This document shows positions 18,648-20,000 of a stretch of 20,000 nt of DNA, in pieces. Every line of letters starts with the position of its first letter. Position 1 is the first letter of the stretch. Origin of the DNA: Ancylonema sp. (lineage: Eukaryota); NCBI GenBank assembly GCA_050230475.1, contig JBFLGF010000178.1, positions 51,006 through 71,005 on the forward strand. The letters are read 5' to 3'. The notes below the pieces were generated by a model. That model did not search any database and was not told the origin of the DNA. It saw only the letters and a list, made by a program, of their open reading frames with translations. A program made the position numbers and the translations under genes.

Positions 18648-19840
18648 CATACTTACCCGAACCGACAAAACCAGATTTTTGGAACCGAGGTCCGGTCCGG
18701 TCCGAGATGCGGCCCGGGACGGACCGCACGGTACTCCAAGTTCTTTGTACGGCGAACGTTTTTTGGGGGCGTAGGGAGTTGTCCCCCCCCTCCCCCCCCC
18801 CCCACTCCCCTTTCTTTGTCCCTCCCCTTCTCTTTGTTTGTTTTTTTAGTGCATGGTTTTTTTTTTGCCCTACGCGGTACGCCTAGGCGTTTTGATGCTT
18901 GGGCGCGAGGATAGGTGGCACTTGCCGATAGGGAGGATTGAGATGTGGAGTGGAAAATAGAGTGTCGGGAAAGCTTGTTGGGCGTTGGTGAAGGGCTTAC
19001 CGCGACTTAGTGAAAAATAATCGGTTATGAGTTTGTCTTCATGTTGATTTATTGTAAGGTGGTATCCTTTCTCTGAAATTTGTTTCATTGACGATATTTA
19101 GAGTATGCTAGGACGAAAGTTAAGGTGATAGGATGGTAGGATATTACAATGCCAAGTAAAAGTTATATGGTTAAAAAAATGGATGGAAAACTTGGGGTAT
19201 GCGTAGATGAGGCAAAAACATGAGAAGTCATTGGTAGTAAATGGCCACATTATTAGGCATATTAAATCTTTGGTCGCTAGATTTCAATTATTGAGTTGTG
19301 TAGTAACTATGGTGAATGACAGGGTACACAAAACGGATGGCTTTATTAATTTGTTGAACTTTCGACTTGAAAGACAATCAATGTTCAATCATAATAGTAT
19401 CACGAGATCCGAAATTGTTCTAAAGCATTGCAACATCTCTTGACAACATGTGGTCAATATGATGTGAGTACATGAGGCTGTTGTTAAAAAGGATATTCCA
19501 TCAAGTGCCCAAGTGCTAAATATAGTGTTAAAAGAAGGGGATTAAAGCGTTCTTAGTCGAATTTCCTAATATTAAAAAGAGAGAGAGCACGCTGTTTTTT
19601 TTCAAGTTTTCATCCATTAATGGCTTCGCATAGAAAATGAACACATTTTTTATGGATGCACATTGATAAAATACAGAGGACATAATTTATTTCGAAGTTT
19701 ATTTATCAAGGGGAAAAATAAAAAACCATGTAAATCTGATTTTATCCAAGAATGCCGGTCCGAAGTTTTAGTCCACGAAGGAGACACCCCAGTCCGAGAT
19801 ACGGACTTTCGACCCGGTTCCAAACGTTCGGGTTAATATG
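18648..19840. mobile_element. Non-autonomous hAT/P-like DNA transposon with 8-bp TSD, 1193 bp
   Basis: TIRs CATACTTACCCGAAC and GTTCGGGTTAATATG match 13/15, flanked by TCGGTGAG (18640-18647) and CCGGTGAG (19841-19848). Subterminal inverted TTTGGAACCG/CGGTTCCAAA and GTCCG/CGGAC motifs. Confidence 0.75.
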
Positions 19841-19904
19841 CCGGTGAGTTATCCGTAATCTCATGCATAGACATGAAGTAGATTTGAACAAACATATAAA
19901 CGAG

Positions 19905-19907
<3 letters not shown>

Positions 19908-20000
<93 letters not shown>
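19908..20000. repeat. (GA)n microsatellite running off the window end
   Basis: Perfect GA dinucleotide array of at least 93 nt. Confidence 0.99.

Overview
Eukaryotic, intron-rich plant-lineage DNA. A streptophyte, plausibly a charophyte alga or bryophyte, is inferred from the CCB1 gene and the methyltransferase-bearing retroelement remnants. Three spliced protein genes can be reconstructed by hand. (1) A minus-strand ER-type DnaJ plus thioredoxin-like (DNAJC16/ERdj8-like) gene at about 2977-5738 has many 72-117 nt introns and apparent lesions: a frameshift near 3767, an in-frame TAG at 3200 and an unresolved middle. (2) An intact 4-exon CCB1 gene (cytochrome b6 heme-ci assembly factor, 304 aa) lies on the minus strand at 13016-15232. 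(3) A divergently transcribed 2-exon, 85-aa DFRP/Tma46 C-terminal-domain protein gene lies at 15845-16687. The intergenic DNA is full of transposon debris: several pogo/Tc1-mariner-type MITEs, a hAT/P-like element with an 8-bp TSD, and a 184-bp direct repeat around an unclassified insert. The most notable finds are two divergent remnants of a C5 cytosine DNA-methyltransferase C-terminus (2-145 and 11940-12521), of the kind carried by DNMT-bearing retrotransposons, and short introns whose 3' ends are G-tracts rather than polypyrimidine tracts. All family assignments rest on recalled motif resemblance; no database search was run.
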